From contig OY776215.1 in the NCBI GenBank assembly GCA_963675495.1, positions 640,001-704,000 on the forward strand: DNA of 64,000 bases, written 5' to 3'. The stretch is from an uncultured Methanolobus sp. Its GTDB lineage: Archaea > Halobacteriota > Methanosarcinia > Methanosarcinales > Methanosarcinaceae. Every line of letters begins with the position of its first letter. The first letter of the stretch is position 1. Shown in pieces: positions 40,365-50,852 of the stretch. Position numbers and translations under genes: made by a program. The notes beneath the pieces are model-generated. The model did not search any database. It was not told where the DNA came from and saw only the letters and a list, made by a program, of their open reading frames with translations.

Positions 40365-43103
40365 GTGATTAATATGAAACTTCCACCCATAACAATTACC
40401 TCAATATTATTAATGTCGATCATAATGATTGCTTCAGGCACTGCCTCAGCGACAGGTTACTACGTTTCGACATCTGGCGATGACTCAAATACCGGCCTCT
40501 CTCCAAACGATGCATGGCAAAGTCCTTCTTATGCAGTTTCAAGAGTTACTGCAGGAGATACCATTTACCTGATGGCAGGAACATGGTATGGAGAACATCT
40601 TATTTTTGAGACTTCAGGAACAAAAGACGCCCCTATAACTCTTACCACTTATAACGGAGAAGTTATTCTTGACGGTGTAGACAGATTTGACAGAGAAGGC
40701 GATCACTACACTGCAATTGAAATACATGATTATTATAATGGATTGGAATATATAAATATAAACAATCTAATAATTCATGACTATTACAGAGGAATTTACG
40801 TTAGAAACGCAAATAATGTGAATATCGACAATATAGAAGTATATGACACTTCTTACATAGGTGTCGATTTTGTGGACTCACACCAATCATCACTGACGAA
40901 TTCAGATATTCATGACAATGGCTGGAATTCTGTTTCTGTTGTCGCGTACCAACAGAGCACCAGCGACATACAAATATTAAATAACAAGATACATGACAAT
41001 CCAGGAACATCAGGTGGTCCCGGCCACAATTTAATAGATCTTTTCAACCTTGGCGAAGACGCTTCTTTGAAGTCAATCGATATTAAAAATAATTACATAT
41101 ATAATAGTGGTCTTACTGGTTCAGCTATTTTTGAGCATGGTTCATACAACCCGATGTACAATATGAATGTGATCAACAACGTTGTTTATAATACAAAACA
41201 AATTACACTAGATCGTTTTGCTAATTCTGTTGTTGCTGATAATAAACTGTACGACCAGGCAGGATATGGTTTTACCTGTTTTTACGAACCTATGAGTGAC
41301 GTTACATTGTCTGGAAATATTCTAAGCAACATAGCCTGGAGTGAGCTGCGTTTAACGGGTGCTCCTGATGGAAAAGAGTTACTTATTACAGATAACGACA
41401 TTTCTTACTATCGCATAGATGAAGGAACGGCTACAATTCGGGACCCTCAAAAATCAACATTTAAAATCCAGTCTCGTTCAGGAAGTCATATCAATGTTGA
41501 ATTTTCGAACAATCAGGTTTTCAAAACAAATGGCATCAATAATCCCACATTTGGTCCAAGCTCCAGCTCCTATGATGCTCTTGGAGATGACTACGTAACC
41601 TTCACCACATATCCAATGACAGCAAAGCCCTCTTCTTCAAATATAAATATACAGGTCAATAAATTCGACACCAGCTTATCTCCAGGTGAAAATCTTGTAG
41701 AGTTTGTTTCAAGCTCAAAATATGGAAATCGTGTGGACTTCACAATAGCAGAGTTAAAGCCAGATTTGAAGTACACTGTAAAAATGGATGGTCTGGATTT
41801 TGCAGAAGTTATGGCGAATGAAGATGGAGTAATCAGTTTCAGCAATAATATTTGGTCAGAACATACATTTACATTGACAGAGACGTCTGCGAGTTCAAGT
41901 TCTTCCAGCGGTTCAACTCCAATTATTTCCAGCGCAGGCCCATCTTATTCACCAGCTTCCAACTACTTTACGGCAGATATAGGTGATTCCACAAAACTTG
42001 CTGTAGACGCTGGTCAGAAATTTACCAAAACACTTTGGTATCTAGATGGGGAACTAATGGAAAGTGATTCAGTGACATATAGCCCGGAATGGAAAAAAAC
42101 TGGCGTACATGTTGTTGTTTTCAAAGGTACTGCTGGAGATAATCTCTATATGAAATGGACAATAACAGTTGAACAAACGGAGGTTGAGGATAATCCAACA
42201 ACTGAAACACCTTCCACACCAGGTTCATCCAGCGACTCAACTCCAATAGTATCCACAAAAGGTCCATCTTATTCACCTGCTTCCGGCTACCTCACAGCAA
42301 ATGTAGGTGATTCCACAAAACTTACTGCAAACTCAGATCTGAAATTTACAAAAGCACTTTGGTATGTTAATGGAAAACTAATGGAAAAAGATTCAGTAAC
42401 CTATACAAAGGAATGGGAAAAGTCAGGCAAATATGTGATCGAATTTAAGGGAACTGCCGGAGATAATCTCTATATGAAATGGACAATAACAGTTTCTGAA
42501 CCAGAGAAAGAAGAAGAGTCAACAATTGACATTCCTTCCAACCCAGGCTCATCCGTTACAGGACCATCTTATTCACCTGCTTCCAGCTACCTCACAGCAA
42601 ATGTAGGTGATTCCACAAAACTTACTGCAAACTCAGATCTGAAATTTACAAAAGCACTTTGGTATGTTAATGGAAAACTAATGGAAAAAGATTCAGTAAC
42701 CTATACAAAGGAATGGGAAAAGTCAGGCAAATATGTGATCGAATTTAAGGGAACTGCCGGAGATAATCTCTATATGAAATGGACAATAACAGTTTCTGAA
42801 CCAGAGAAAGAAGAAGAGTCAACAATTGACACTCCTTCCAACCCAGGCTCATCCATTACAGGACCATCTTATTCACCTGCTTCCAGCTACCTCACAGCAA
42901 ATGTAGGTGATTCCACAAAACTTACTGCAAACTCAGATCTGAAATTTACAAAAGCCCTTTGGTATGTTAATGGAAAATTAATGGAAAAAGATTCAGTAAC
43001 CTATACAAAGGAATGGGAAAAGTCAGGCAAATATGTGATCGAATTTAAGGGAACTGCCTTAGATAATCTCTATATGAAATGGACAATAACAGTTTCCGCC
43101 TAA
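40365..43103 (+). CDS. Secreted parallel beta-helix protein with four C-terminal Ig/PKD-like repeats
   Basis: Signal peptide; YYVSTSGDDSNTGLSP..AW..GDTIYL..GTW; PbH1 repeats; Ser/Pro/Thr linkers; four GPSYSPAS...MKWTITV modules. Confidence 0.82.
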   Translation: MINMKLPPITITSILLMSIIMIASGTASATGYYVSTSGDDSNTGLSPNDAWQSPSYAVSRVTAGDTIYLMAGTWYGEHLIFETSGTKDAPITLTTYNGEVILDGVDRFDREGDHYTAIEIHDYYNGLEYININNLIIHDYYRGIYVRNANNVNIDNIEVYDTSYIGVDFVDSHQSSLTNSDIHDNGWNSVSVVAYQQSTSDIQILNNKIHDNPGTSGGPGHNLIDLFNLGEDASLKSIDIKNNYIYNSGLTGSAIFEHGSYNPMYNMNVINNVVYNTKQITLDRFANSVVADNKLYDQAGYGFTCFYEPMSDVTLSGNILSNIAWSELRLTGAPDGKELLITDNDISYYRIDEGTATIRDPQKSTFKIQSRSGSHINVEFSNNQVFKTNGINNPTFGPSSSSYDALGDDYVTFTTYPMTAKPSSSNINIQVNKFDTSLSPGENLVEFVSSSKYGNRVDFTIAELKPDLKYTVKMDGLDFAEVMANEDGVISFSNNIWSEHTFTLTETSASSSSSSGSTPIISSAGPSYSPASNYFTADIGDSTKLAVDAGQKFTKTLWYLDGELMESDSVTYSPEWKKTGVHVVVFKGTAGDNLYMKWTITVEQTEVEDNPTTETPSTPGSSSDSTPIVSTKGPSYSPASGYLTANVGDSTKLTANSDLKFTKALWYVNGKLMEKDSVTYTKEWEKSGKYVIEFKGTAGDNLYMKWTITVSEPEKEEESTIDIPSNPGSSVTGPSYSPASSYLTANVGDSTKLTANSDLKFTKALWYVNGKLMEKDSVTYTKEWEKSGKYVIEFKGTAGDNLYMKWTITVSEPEKEEESTIDTPSNPGSSITGPSYSPASSYLTANVGDSTKLTANSDLKFTKALWYVNGKLMEKDSVTYTKEWEKSGKYVIEFKGTALDNLYMKWTITVSA
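42261..43097 (+). repeat. Three near-identical intragenic repeats with an exact 300-bp period (a diverged fourth copy starts at ~41937)
   Basis: GG(T/A)CCATCTTATTCACCTGC at 42261, 42561 and 42861, with almost identical downstream sequence. Confidence 0.95.
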
Positions 43104-43153
43104 ACTCCAGCACCAACACCTGAGATTCTTGCATAGAAATATGAACCAATGGT

Positions 43154-43193
43154 ATGGAACAGTCATCTGTTCCATCCTGCTATTTTTCTCTTT
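43154..43193 (+). terminator. Hairpin plus T-rich tract
   Basis: ATGGAACAG-TCAT-CTGTTCCAT followed by TATTTTTCTCTTT. Confidence 0.6.
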
Positions 43194-43678
43194 AAGACAA
43201 AATCTGTGATTATAGAGTTAATCTTATCATAAGAAATACTGAATCAGTGATTAAAACCATGCCCAGGAATTTCGTCGATCTTATGGGTTTACTCAATCAT
43301 GAAATAATCCACTGTCCATTCAATGCTAATGACTCCTTTTACCTTGCATATTAATCGGTGTACAAGTTATGTTCGGACTCTTTTTTAATAGTAGCTAATG
43401 TCTTCATTGGGTTTGATTATGTAAATTTGGATCAAAACATGCTTTTTTAAGTTGTTTTATCCTTTTTTACTAACAGATAAAATCAGATCATTTAATAAAA
43501 AAATCTGTTGAACTCGCACCTTCGATCTAATGAAAAAAGAAATTTCTAAATAACCCTAATGATAACGGTATCTAACTCTCACAGAAGCAATATAAAGTAT
43601 ATTTACTAAAATTTATGCACATAGAAAATGTAATTATGAACATAGCCTATAATAGTTACGCCATATTTTTAAGAATAT

Positions 43679-46618
43679 GTGGTTAACATGAAAATCCCCT
43701 CAAAAAACAGATTTTTAATCTTATTCGTGTTTATCTTAATGATTCTTTCAGGTACAGCATCCGCTACTGATTACTATGTATCAACATTAGGAGCAGATAC
43801 AAGTGACGGCTTATCTCCAGAAAAAGCATGGCAAAGTCCTTCATATGCAGTTTCAAAAGCCCAGTCCGGAGACACAATTTACCTTATGTCAGGTACGTGG
43901 TATGGAGAACATATGATCTTTACATCATCTGGAACAAAAGATGCACCTATTACTCTCACTTCTTACAATGGAGAAGTTATTTTTGATGGTATAGACCGCT
44001 TTGATAAAGATGGTGACTGCTACACTGCGATAGAAATATTTGATTCAACAAATGGTTTAGAATATATAAATATAAACAACATTATAATCCATAATTACTA
44101 CAGAGGAATATATTCAAGAAACGCAAGGAACATACATATAGACAATGTGGAAATATTCAATACTTCTTTCATGGCTGTTGATTTTGTAGATTCTCATCAG
44201 TCATCATTAACTAATTCAGATATTCATGACAATGGTTGGAATTCTGTTTCTGTGGTAGCCAATTCTCAGAGTACCAGCGACATACAAATATTAAACAACA
44301 AAATTCATGATAACCCTGGTACATCAGGTGGCTCAGGTCATAATTTGATTGATTTGTTTAACGTTGGCGATACTGCTTCACTAAAATCAATCGATATAAA
44401 GGATAATTACCTTTACAATAGTGGTCTTTCTAATTCAGCTATTTTTGAGCATGGTTCATTCACTCCAATGTATAATATGAATGTGAGCAATAATGTCATC
44501 TATAATACAAAACAGATAACATTAGATCGTTTTACTGATTCTGTTGTTTCCAACAATACATTACGAGATCAACCAGGCTATGGTTTTACTTGTCTATATG
44601 ACCCCATGAAAAATGTTACATTCTATGGAAACACTTTAACAAATGTATCATGGAGTGAGCTACGTGTAAAAGGTGCTCCTGATGAGAAATATTTACTTAT
44701 AGAAAATAATGACATCTATTATTACCGTATAGACGACGGAACAGCTTCAATCCTTAATCCCCAAAAATCAAAATTTGAAGTTCAGCCCAATGGTAATGAA
44801 ATTAACGTTGAGTTCACTGATAACACGGTCTTCACAACAAATACTGACACCAAGCCCACATTCAGTCCAACTTCCAGTTCATATGACATATCAGGAGATA
44901 GCAAAATCACTTTCAATACGTACCCAATGACTGCAAAACCAACATCTTCCAATGTCAATGTAAAGGTTAATGACTTTGACACCAGTAAATCTCTCGGAGA
45001 TGTTCTTGTGGAATTTACTGCCAGCTCAACAGAAGATAATAATGTTGATTTCACGATCGGTGAACTACAATCTGGTGCTACTTATACTGTCAAAATGGAT
45101 GGCTTCGACTTTAGAGAAGTTACAGCTGATCAGGAAGGATATATAAGTTTCAATAATGATATCTGGTCAGAGCATACATTTACATTGGTACAGACATCTG
45201 AGAGTTCAACATCTGAGTCTGCAAGCACAGGCATCTCATTCACTCCATCTGTAAGCTCTCTTGTAGCAACGGTAAGTGAATCCACAAGTTTCACCGTAGA
45301 TTCAGGTCAGGACTTCACAAGTGCCCTTTGGTATCTTAATGGCAATCAGGTGGAAAGTGATTCAGTGAACTATGTGCAGAACTGGGATATAGCCGGTGTA
45401 CACACAGTCGTGTTCGATGGCACTGCTGTAGCAGGAACTATATCAAGGACATGGACCGTAGTGGTTTCCGAATCTGAAATCTCTGAAGCATCAACTATCA
45501 GCATATCACCTTCCTCAACTGTTGTTGAACCTGGTGACTCATTTACCATCGATGTCTATATAGATCCTACACAGTCCCTCACGGGTTCACAGTTTGACCT
45601 TTACTACAGTCAGCTTGCAAGTGTGTCATCGGCACACGAAGGTGACCTGTTCACACTATCTAATCTTTCTACAACCTTTGGGTATGAAAGCATTGACAAC
45701 ACAATTGGTATTTTAAACAATGTGTACTCCGCAATACTCGGCTGCGGAACCATCTCTACACCTGGAACAATGACTACCATAAATATGGTCGCAGGTAGTA
45801 ACACGGGTATCCTCGACATTGGACTATCAGGAGTAATACTAAGCGATGTTGATTCAAATCCTGCACCATGTGCAGAATCTAATGCTACTATTCTGATAGA
45901 CACAGCTCCGGAGTTAGTATCGATTTCGGAACAGTCTGTAGATGAAGAACAGAACTTGAGTTTCATCATATGTGCAACTGATCGGGACGGAGATGACCTT
46001 ACATACTCAGCTACTTCTCTCCCAAATGATGCATCTTTCAATACAGGAACTGCAACATTCAGCTGGAGTCCTTCAGAAGATGAAGCAGGAGCTTATACAG
46101 CAATGTTCGAAGTTACAGATGGCTATCTCATAGATTCCATGAGTGTTCCGATCACAGTCAATCCATTAAATCATGCTCCTGTGATAAGCTTCTTTGAACC
46201 TTCAGATGCTGCTAGCTCCGAAGAAGGCACCATTGTCAATGTGAATGTGGCTGCAACTGACGAAGACGAACAGAGCCTTAGTTATGTCATTAAAATCGAT
46301 GACTTGCAGGTTGCCACTGGTCCAAATTATGCATGGAATGTTAACTATGAATCTGCCGGAACCCATACTATCGAGGTGATAGTAAGTGATGGTATCGATG
46401 ATGTTAGAGCTACAAGCACTATAACCATTATAGATTTGCAGCCAAGATGGGACGTTAATGAGGACGGCATTGTGAATGTTCTTGATGTCACCTTAGTAGC
46501 CCAGAACTATGGTATGACCTACACAGGCGACCTGCCTCGATATGATGTGAACCAGGATGGTACTATTGACCTTCAGGATCTTTCAGTAGTAGCAGGTCAC
46601 TTTGGAGAAATTGTATAA
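43679..46618 (+). CDS. Secreted beta-helix protein with Ig-like, cohesin, cadherin-like and C-terminal dockerin domains
   Basis: First ~510 aa are paralogous to 40365..43103. Cohesin-like ISISPSSTVVEPGDSFTIDVYIDP..GSQFDLYY...EGDLF (~45490-45900); ATDRDGDDLTYSA; dockerin DVNEDGIVNVLD / DVNQDGTIDLQD. Confidence 0.82.
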   Translation: MVNMKIPSKNRFLILFVFILMILSGTASATDYYVSTLGADTSDGLSPEKAWQSPSYAVSKAQSGDTIYLMSGTWYGEHMIFTSSGTKDAPITLTSYNGEVIFDGIDRFDKDGDCYTAIEIFDSTNGLEYININNIIIHNYYRGIYSRNARNIHIDNVEIFNTSFMAVDFVDSHQSSLTNSDIHDNGWNSVSVVANSQSTSDIQILNNKIHDNPGTSGGSGHNLIDLFNVGDTASLKSIDIKDNYLYNSGLSNSAIFEHGSFTPMYNMNVSNNVIYNTKQITLDRFTDSVVSNNTLRDQPGYGFTCLYDPMKNVTFYGNTLTNVSWSELRVKGAPDEKYLLIENNDIYYYRIDDGTASILNPQKSKFEVQPNGNEINVEFTDNTVFTTNTDTKPTFSPTSSSYDISGDSKITFNTYPMTAKPTSSNVNVKVNDFDTSKSLGDVLVEFTASSTEDNNVDFTIGELQSGATYTVKMDGFDFREVTADQEGYISFNNDIWSEHTFTLVQTSESSTSESASTGISFTPSVSSLVATVSESTSFTVDSGQDFTSALWYLNGNQVESDSVNYVQNWDIAGVHTVVFDGTAVAGTISRTWTVVVSESEISEASTISISPSSTVVEPGDSFTIDVYIDPTQSLTGSQFDLYYSQLASVSSAHEGDLFTLSNLSTTFGYESIDNTIGILNNVYSAILGCGTISTPGTMTTINMVAGSNTGILDIGLSGVILSDVDSNPAPCAESNATILIDTAPELVSISEQSVDEEQNLSFIICATDRDGDDLTYSATSLPNDASFNTGTATFSWSPSEDEAGAYTAMFEVTDGYLIDSMSVPITVNPLNHAPVISFFEPSDAASSEEGTIVNVNVAATDEDEQSLSYVIKIDDLQVATGPNYAWNVNYESAGTHTIEVIVSDGIDDVRATSTITIIDLQPRWDVNEDGIVNVLDVTLVAQNYGMTYTGDLPRYDVNQDGTIDLQDLSVVAGHFGEIV

Positions 46619-46633
46619 TAGACAGCACAAAAT

Positions 46634-46662
46634 AACCCCTTTTGAGGGGGTTCATTTTTTTT
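46634..46662 (+). terminator. Hairpin plus T-tract terminator
   Basis: AACCCCT-TTTG-AGGGGGTT followed by CATTTTTTTT. Confidence 0.65.
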
Positions 46663-47002
46663 ATTGCATTACTTTTTTCTCAGACTCAATTTCCATTTTT
46701 CATCATATTCCAGACGTTATGATGATAAATTCAACAATGAGCTGTATTCCCCATCAAGCTAGCCTTGACCAAAAATAAATCAACAATTATTGTCATCAAT
46801 AATGATATTGAAACTGCTTGCAAGTATATATATGAAGGCATTAATTCCCTAATACAGATAATGCCTTAATATCAGGGTGTACTTATTTACCAGAAAAGGA
46901 GGTTATCCATTTTCAACATAGAATATTATAAGAAAAGTATATATTGAATGAAATATGAAAAAAGTATACTTTACTATATTGTTCATCTGAGGTAACGTAA
47001 TA

Positions 47003-47569
47003 ATGCACTCAAAAAAACATACTAAAAAAATGGCTTTAATATGTTACTATAGTTTTGCAAGATATTTGCCAAGATATTTTAAGATCTCAAATGGAATACG
47101 TGCGTTTCTTGTCAAACAAATATTTGATAAATGTGGGAAGGGTGTTTTAGTTGATGACAGAGTATATTTTGGCAATGGGGAACATAGAGAAATAGGAGAT
47201 TATTCTGGATTTGGACCTAATGCTGCCATTGGAAAACACACCCACATTGGCAGGCATGTGATGATGGGGCCAAATGTTACAATACTAACAAGAAATCACA
47301 AATTTGATGATCTGGACATTCCCATGAGATTACAAGACTATCAGGATTACGAACCAGTGGTCATTGAAGATGACGTTTGGATAGGTCGGCAGGCAATTAT
47401 TTTGCCAGGTTGTAGAATTGGTAAGGGGTCAATAATAGGCAGTGGTGCTGTAGTTACCCAGAACGTACCACCATATGCAATAGTCGGAGGGGTACCGGCA
47501 AAGGTAATCAAATCCAGATTGGATGCTCGGGAACGAACTGAAGCTGATTTAAAATCCTTTTTAGATTAA
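47003..47569 (+). CDS. LbH sugar O-acetyltransferase (maltose/galactoside acetyltransferase-like)
   Basis: MGPNVTILTRNH; PVVIEDDVWIG..AIILPG..IGKGSIIGSGAVVT.NVP..IVGGVPAK. Confidence 0.9.
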   Translation: MHSKKHTKKMALICYYSFARYLPRYFKISNGIRAFLVKQIFDKCGKGVLVDDRVYFGNGEHREIGDYSGFGPNAAIGKHTHIGRHVMMGPNVTILTRNHKFDDLDIPMRLQDYQDYEPVVIEDDVWIGRQAIILPGCRIGKGSIIGSGAVVTQNVPPYAIVGGVPAKVIKSRLDARERTEADLKSFLD

Positions 47570-47573
47570 AAGA

Positions 47574-48038
47574 CTATATACGATTCAATTTACGTATCTC
47601 CCTTGCGGGAACACCAGCTACCATGGTATAAGGAGGAACATCTTTTGTTACAACCGAACCAGCAGCTACAACAGCACATTCACCTATGGTTACATTTGGA
47701 AGAATTATAGCACCTGTTCCTATCCATGCACCTTTTTTTATCCAGATCTTGCCTGCATAGGACCCCATAACTCGCCCATACTCCTCTATCTGAGTTACCT
47801 CATGACTCCTCATTATCAGAGACACTTTGGGACCAATAGAAGCTCCTTCTTCAAGAATAAGATTGTCAGTGTCAATATGATGCCAGCCCCACACAAGCGC
47901 GTAAGGTCCAATTGAAGCATTTTTATCTATTTTGTACCCGCATCTGCGCCAGCAAAAACTTGGCCATTTATGAGATAAGGGAAAAAGAGCAAGCAAACTC
48001 CATAATTTTCCCCATGATTTTTTAAATAACGTTATCAT
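47574..48038 (-). CDS. LbH acyltransferase
   Basis: IKKGAWIGTGAIILPNVTIGECAVVAAGSVVTKDVPPYTMVAGVPA. Confidence 0.88.
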   Translation of the reverse strand: MITLFKKSWGKLWSLLALFPLSHKWPSFCWRRCGYKIDKNASIGPYALVWGWHHIDTDNLILEEGASIGPKVSLIMRSHEVTQIEEYGRVMGSYAGKIWIKKGAWIGTGAIILPNVTIGECAVVAAGSVVTKDVPPYTMVAGVPAREIRKLNRI

Positions 48039-48091
48039 AGAACTCTCCTGATATACAATGAATTAGTTTTAGCCCTTTTATTTTTATAATA

Positions 48092-49552
48092 TTAATTGAA
48101 ATAGCACCTTATATTTCTTTTTAGCATGCCTATATCTTTTAAATTGTTTCTATAAATAACAATAAAATAAAGAGCATAAACCAAAAATCCTGCAATAACT
48201 GTTACAAAAAGCATTACTTCAGTAGACGAATTAACTAACCATTTTTGTATAAGCAAGATAACAATTAACATTATAAATGACCCCTTCAGGGGTGCAAGTG
48301 TACTACTCAATAAACCATACATTGAGGTATTGAGTATCTTATTTGACTGCATGAAAGAAAACAAAGTAGATAGAATAACTGAAACTGTTACGGCAATGCT
48401 CGCTCCATAAATCCCATAATTGATTGTGAGAGGGTATATCAGCAAAAGTAGAACAAATAATTGGAGATAATTGGTCTTTGTCACTATCTCAGGTTTGCCT
48501 GTTGCAAGAAACACATTAGAATTCATTTTGTTATAAGAGGTTACCATACCATAGATACATAGGATCTGCAGAACCTGCACAGCAGGTAGCCATTTTGCAC
48601 CGTAGATCGTTTCAATGAATTCTCTTGAAATAATTATTATACCAAATGTAGCAGGCAATACAAACATCGAATATAATTTTATTGTAAGTAAATGTGATTT
48701 TCCCAATTGACCTATATCATTTTGCATCTTAGAGTACATTGGGAACACAACCTGAGAAAGTATCAATGAAGCCTGAATTGTGAACATACCGGCAATAGAT
48801 AATGAAATAGAATAGTAACCGAGAGCTTCTGCATCTAAAATCTTTCCAATTAAAGCAATAGCAATATTGGAGAGAAAAAACATAGTAATAGCTGCAATAG
48901 CAACATACTTTCCAAAAGATATTAAAACCAGTGCCTTTTGCTTGCTGAATAAGAAAGAAGGACGCCATTCGATGGATTTCCAATAAGCAAGTACGCCTGT
49001 AAGCTCTAAAACAATCCTCCCTATAACAAGACTCCATACACCATAACCACTATATGCCATTATTACAGCTACTACCCCATAAGATAATTTAGGCAAAATT
49101 TGAGGGAAGAACATTTTTTTAAATCTTAGGTCTTTGACTAGCAATGTTTTAGGCAATGTGCCAAAAGACCAAATAACAACCGTCAACAAAAGCACCCTTA
49201 TAATGGGTTCTATTTCTTCATTGCCAAAAAATGTTGCAGCAAATGGTGCAGTAGAGTACGAAATAAAGTACAATAATATGGCAACTACAGGATAAATTAT
49301 GAAAGCGGTATTATATGCAATGTTTTTATCCTTGTCATCCCCCTCATAATGAATTAAAGCAGATTCCATACCCAGATCCCGGGTTATTTCGAAAAAATTG
49401 ACAAAAACCAGAGCCAGAGCAACCAATCCAAAATCAGTAGGACTAAGCAGCCTTGCAAGTATGATCGTTATGCCAAAAGTAATGAATTTCAGCATCAATT
49501 TGCTCAGCGAAACCCACATTACACCACTAATAGCTTTAGATTTTAGAGTCAT
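48092..49552 (-). CDS. WzxC-type polysaccharide flippase
   Basis: MTLKSKAISGVMW, ILARLLSPTDFGL, GYGVWSLV, YGAKW, YGIYGASIA. Confidence 0.92.
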   Translation of the reverse strand: MTLKSKAISGVMWVSLSKLMLKFITFGITIILARLLSPTDFGLVALALVFVNFFEITRDLGMESALIHYEGDDKDKNIAYNTAFIIYPVVAILLYFISYSTAPFAATFFGNEEIEPIIRVLLLTVVIWSFGTLPKTLLVKDLRFKKMFFPQILPKLSYGVVAVIMAYSGYGVWSLVIGRIVLELTGVLAYWKSIEWRPSFLFSKQKALVLISFGKYVAIAAITMFFLSNIAIALIGKILDAEALGYYSISLSIAGMFTIQASLILSQVVFPMYSKMQNDIGQLGKSHLLTIKLYSMFVLPATFGIIIISREFIETIYGAKWLPAVQVLQILCIYGMVTSYNKMNSNVFLATGKPEIVTKTNYLQLFVLLLLIYPLTINYGIYGASIAVTVSVILSTLFSFMQSNKILNTSMYGLLSSTLAPLKGSFIMLIVILLIQKWLVNSSTEVMLFVTVIAGFLVYALYFIVIYRNNLKDIGMLKRNIRCYFN

Positions 49553-49840
49553 ATATCATATTTTGATGTTGCAAATTGTGTTTTTAGATCATTAGATGAA
49601 TATGATATTTTAGCACATTCAAAAGTACTTTTTCGTACAATAGGTTTACCTTCTTAATCGCATACTGGACAATAATACTATATAAGTTCTGCAGATTTAG
49701 GAAATTGATAGAAATCTACACACAAATATCAATTATCTAGCAGATCTCATTTTTACTATCAACCCTTTAATGAATGAATTGATAGAGCGGTATGCGTTTG
49801 AATATCCTGACCACATATAAGAGTGATTATGGATTTCTGA

Positions 49841-50845
49841 TCATTTTTTTATTTTTTTAAATACCATATAACCATATTTGGCTATTGACTGCTTAGTTTT
49901 TGAATGCACTTTTGTATATCTACCAAAGTTTACCATTTCCCCACCAAATCTTCTCTTGAACTCCCTGACACCATATGGTTTATCCGGATGGCCTGCACCC
50001 CCAAAGTCAAATACTTTGTATGATCCTGCATTCTCTTTCAGAATTTGCCAAACCAGTGCTTCATCAACATAATCAACCTCTTGCTTTGACCCCGCATACC
50101 AGTCATAGACCATGTCCCTATAGTTCAGTGTTATTCTGGTGCCAACTGCCTCCTCACCCTTAAAGGCAATAAAAAAATCTGCACATCCAGTTGATGCAAG
50201 CTCTTCGTAAGCTGCCTGGAACAAAGATATATCAGCAACAGGAACCTTAAATCGCTTATAAGTCTCAAGTACCAGATTGTAGCATGAAAGCAACTCGTCT
50301 TCATTGCTCACTCTTTTGACAAGAATACCACTTTTTTCGGCACGGTTTATACCCTTTCTACGGGATTTATTGATACTTTGCCATATATCAGTTTCATTCC
50401 GACTAAGATCAATAAGGAAATCAAGATGTTGATCATATTTGTATTCATTTGATCCAAAAACCTGTTGATACGCTTCTGTATCCCACATGTTTCTTATCTG
50501 AGTGTAGACGATCCTACTACCTACCACTTTATCATAGTGTTCCATCAATCTTTGAGCAGCTTCTCTTCCTTTGTCACAATCTACAAAAAGAGGACCCCCG
50601 TGCAAAACAGCACGTGAAGAAAAAGATGAAAGTAAGTTTTGCATTTCACTTATAATGACACTTTGCATCACAGCTAATAACTCACCGGAAGTAGAATCCC
50701 TTGCAACAAAACAAATAGGTTCATAGTTTCTGGTTTTACTATACACACTATTTATCATTGAAGTCTGGAATATATTTCCATTAGAATGATTAAAAACAAA
50801 TTCATCCCATTCATCAGCACCAAAAGTATCAGTTATAATTACCAT
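49841..50845 (-). CDS. FemAB/FemX-like GNAT
   Basis: WDEFV..GNIFQT, HGGP, LIDL..IWQSINKSRRKGINRA, FDFGGAG, YGVREFKRRFGG. Confidence 0.87.
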   Translation of the reverse strand: MVIITDTFGADEWDEFVFNHSNGNIFQTSMINSVYSKTRNYEPICFVARDSTSGELLAVMQSVIISEMQNLLSSFSSRAVLHGGPLFVDCDKGREAAQRLMEHYDKVVGSRIVYTQIRNMWDTEAYQQVFGSNEYKYDQHLDFLIDLSRNETDIWQSINKSRRKGINRAEKSGILVKRVSNEDELLSCYNLVLETYKRFKVPVADISLFQAAYEELASTGCADFFIAFKGEEAVGTRITLNYRDMVYDWYAGSKQEVDYVDEALVWQILKENAGSYKVFDFGGAGHPDKPYGVREFKRRFGGEMVNFGRYTKVHSKTKQSIAKYGYMVFKKIKK

Positions 50846-50852
50846 AAAATGA

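Noticed and set aside
43200-43600. Possible mobile-element or gene remnant between the tandem surface-protein genes
   Set aside because: No terminal repeats, target duplication or recognisable protein motif.
46690-46910. Minus-strand fragment (..LDGE...LEYDEKWK) faintly like DUF1616 (..LDGD...LDHEEKWE)
   Set aside because: The match is too short and interrupted to call a pseudogene by eye; tblastn with the 53970 protein would decide.
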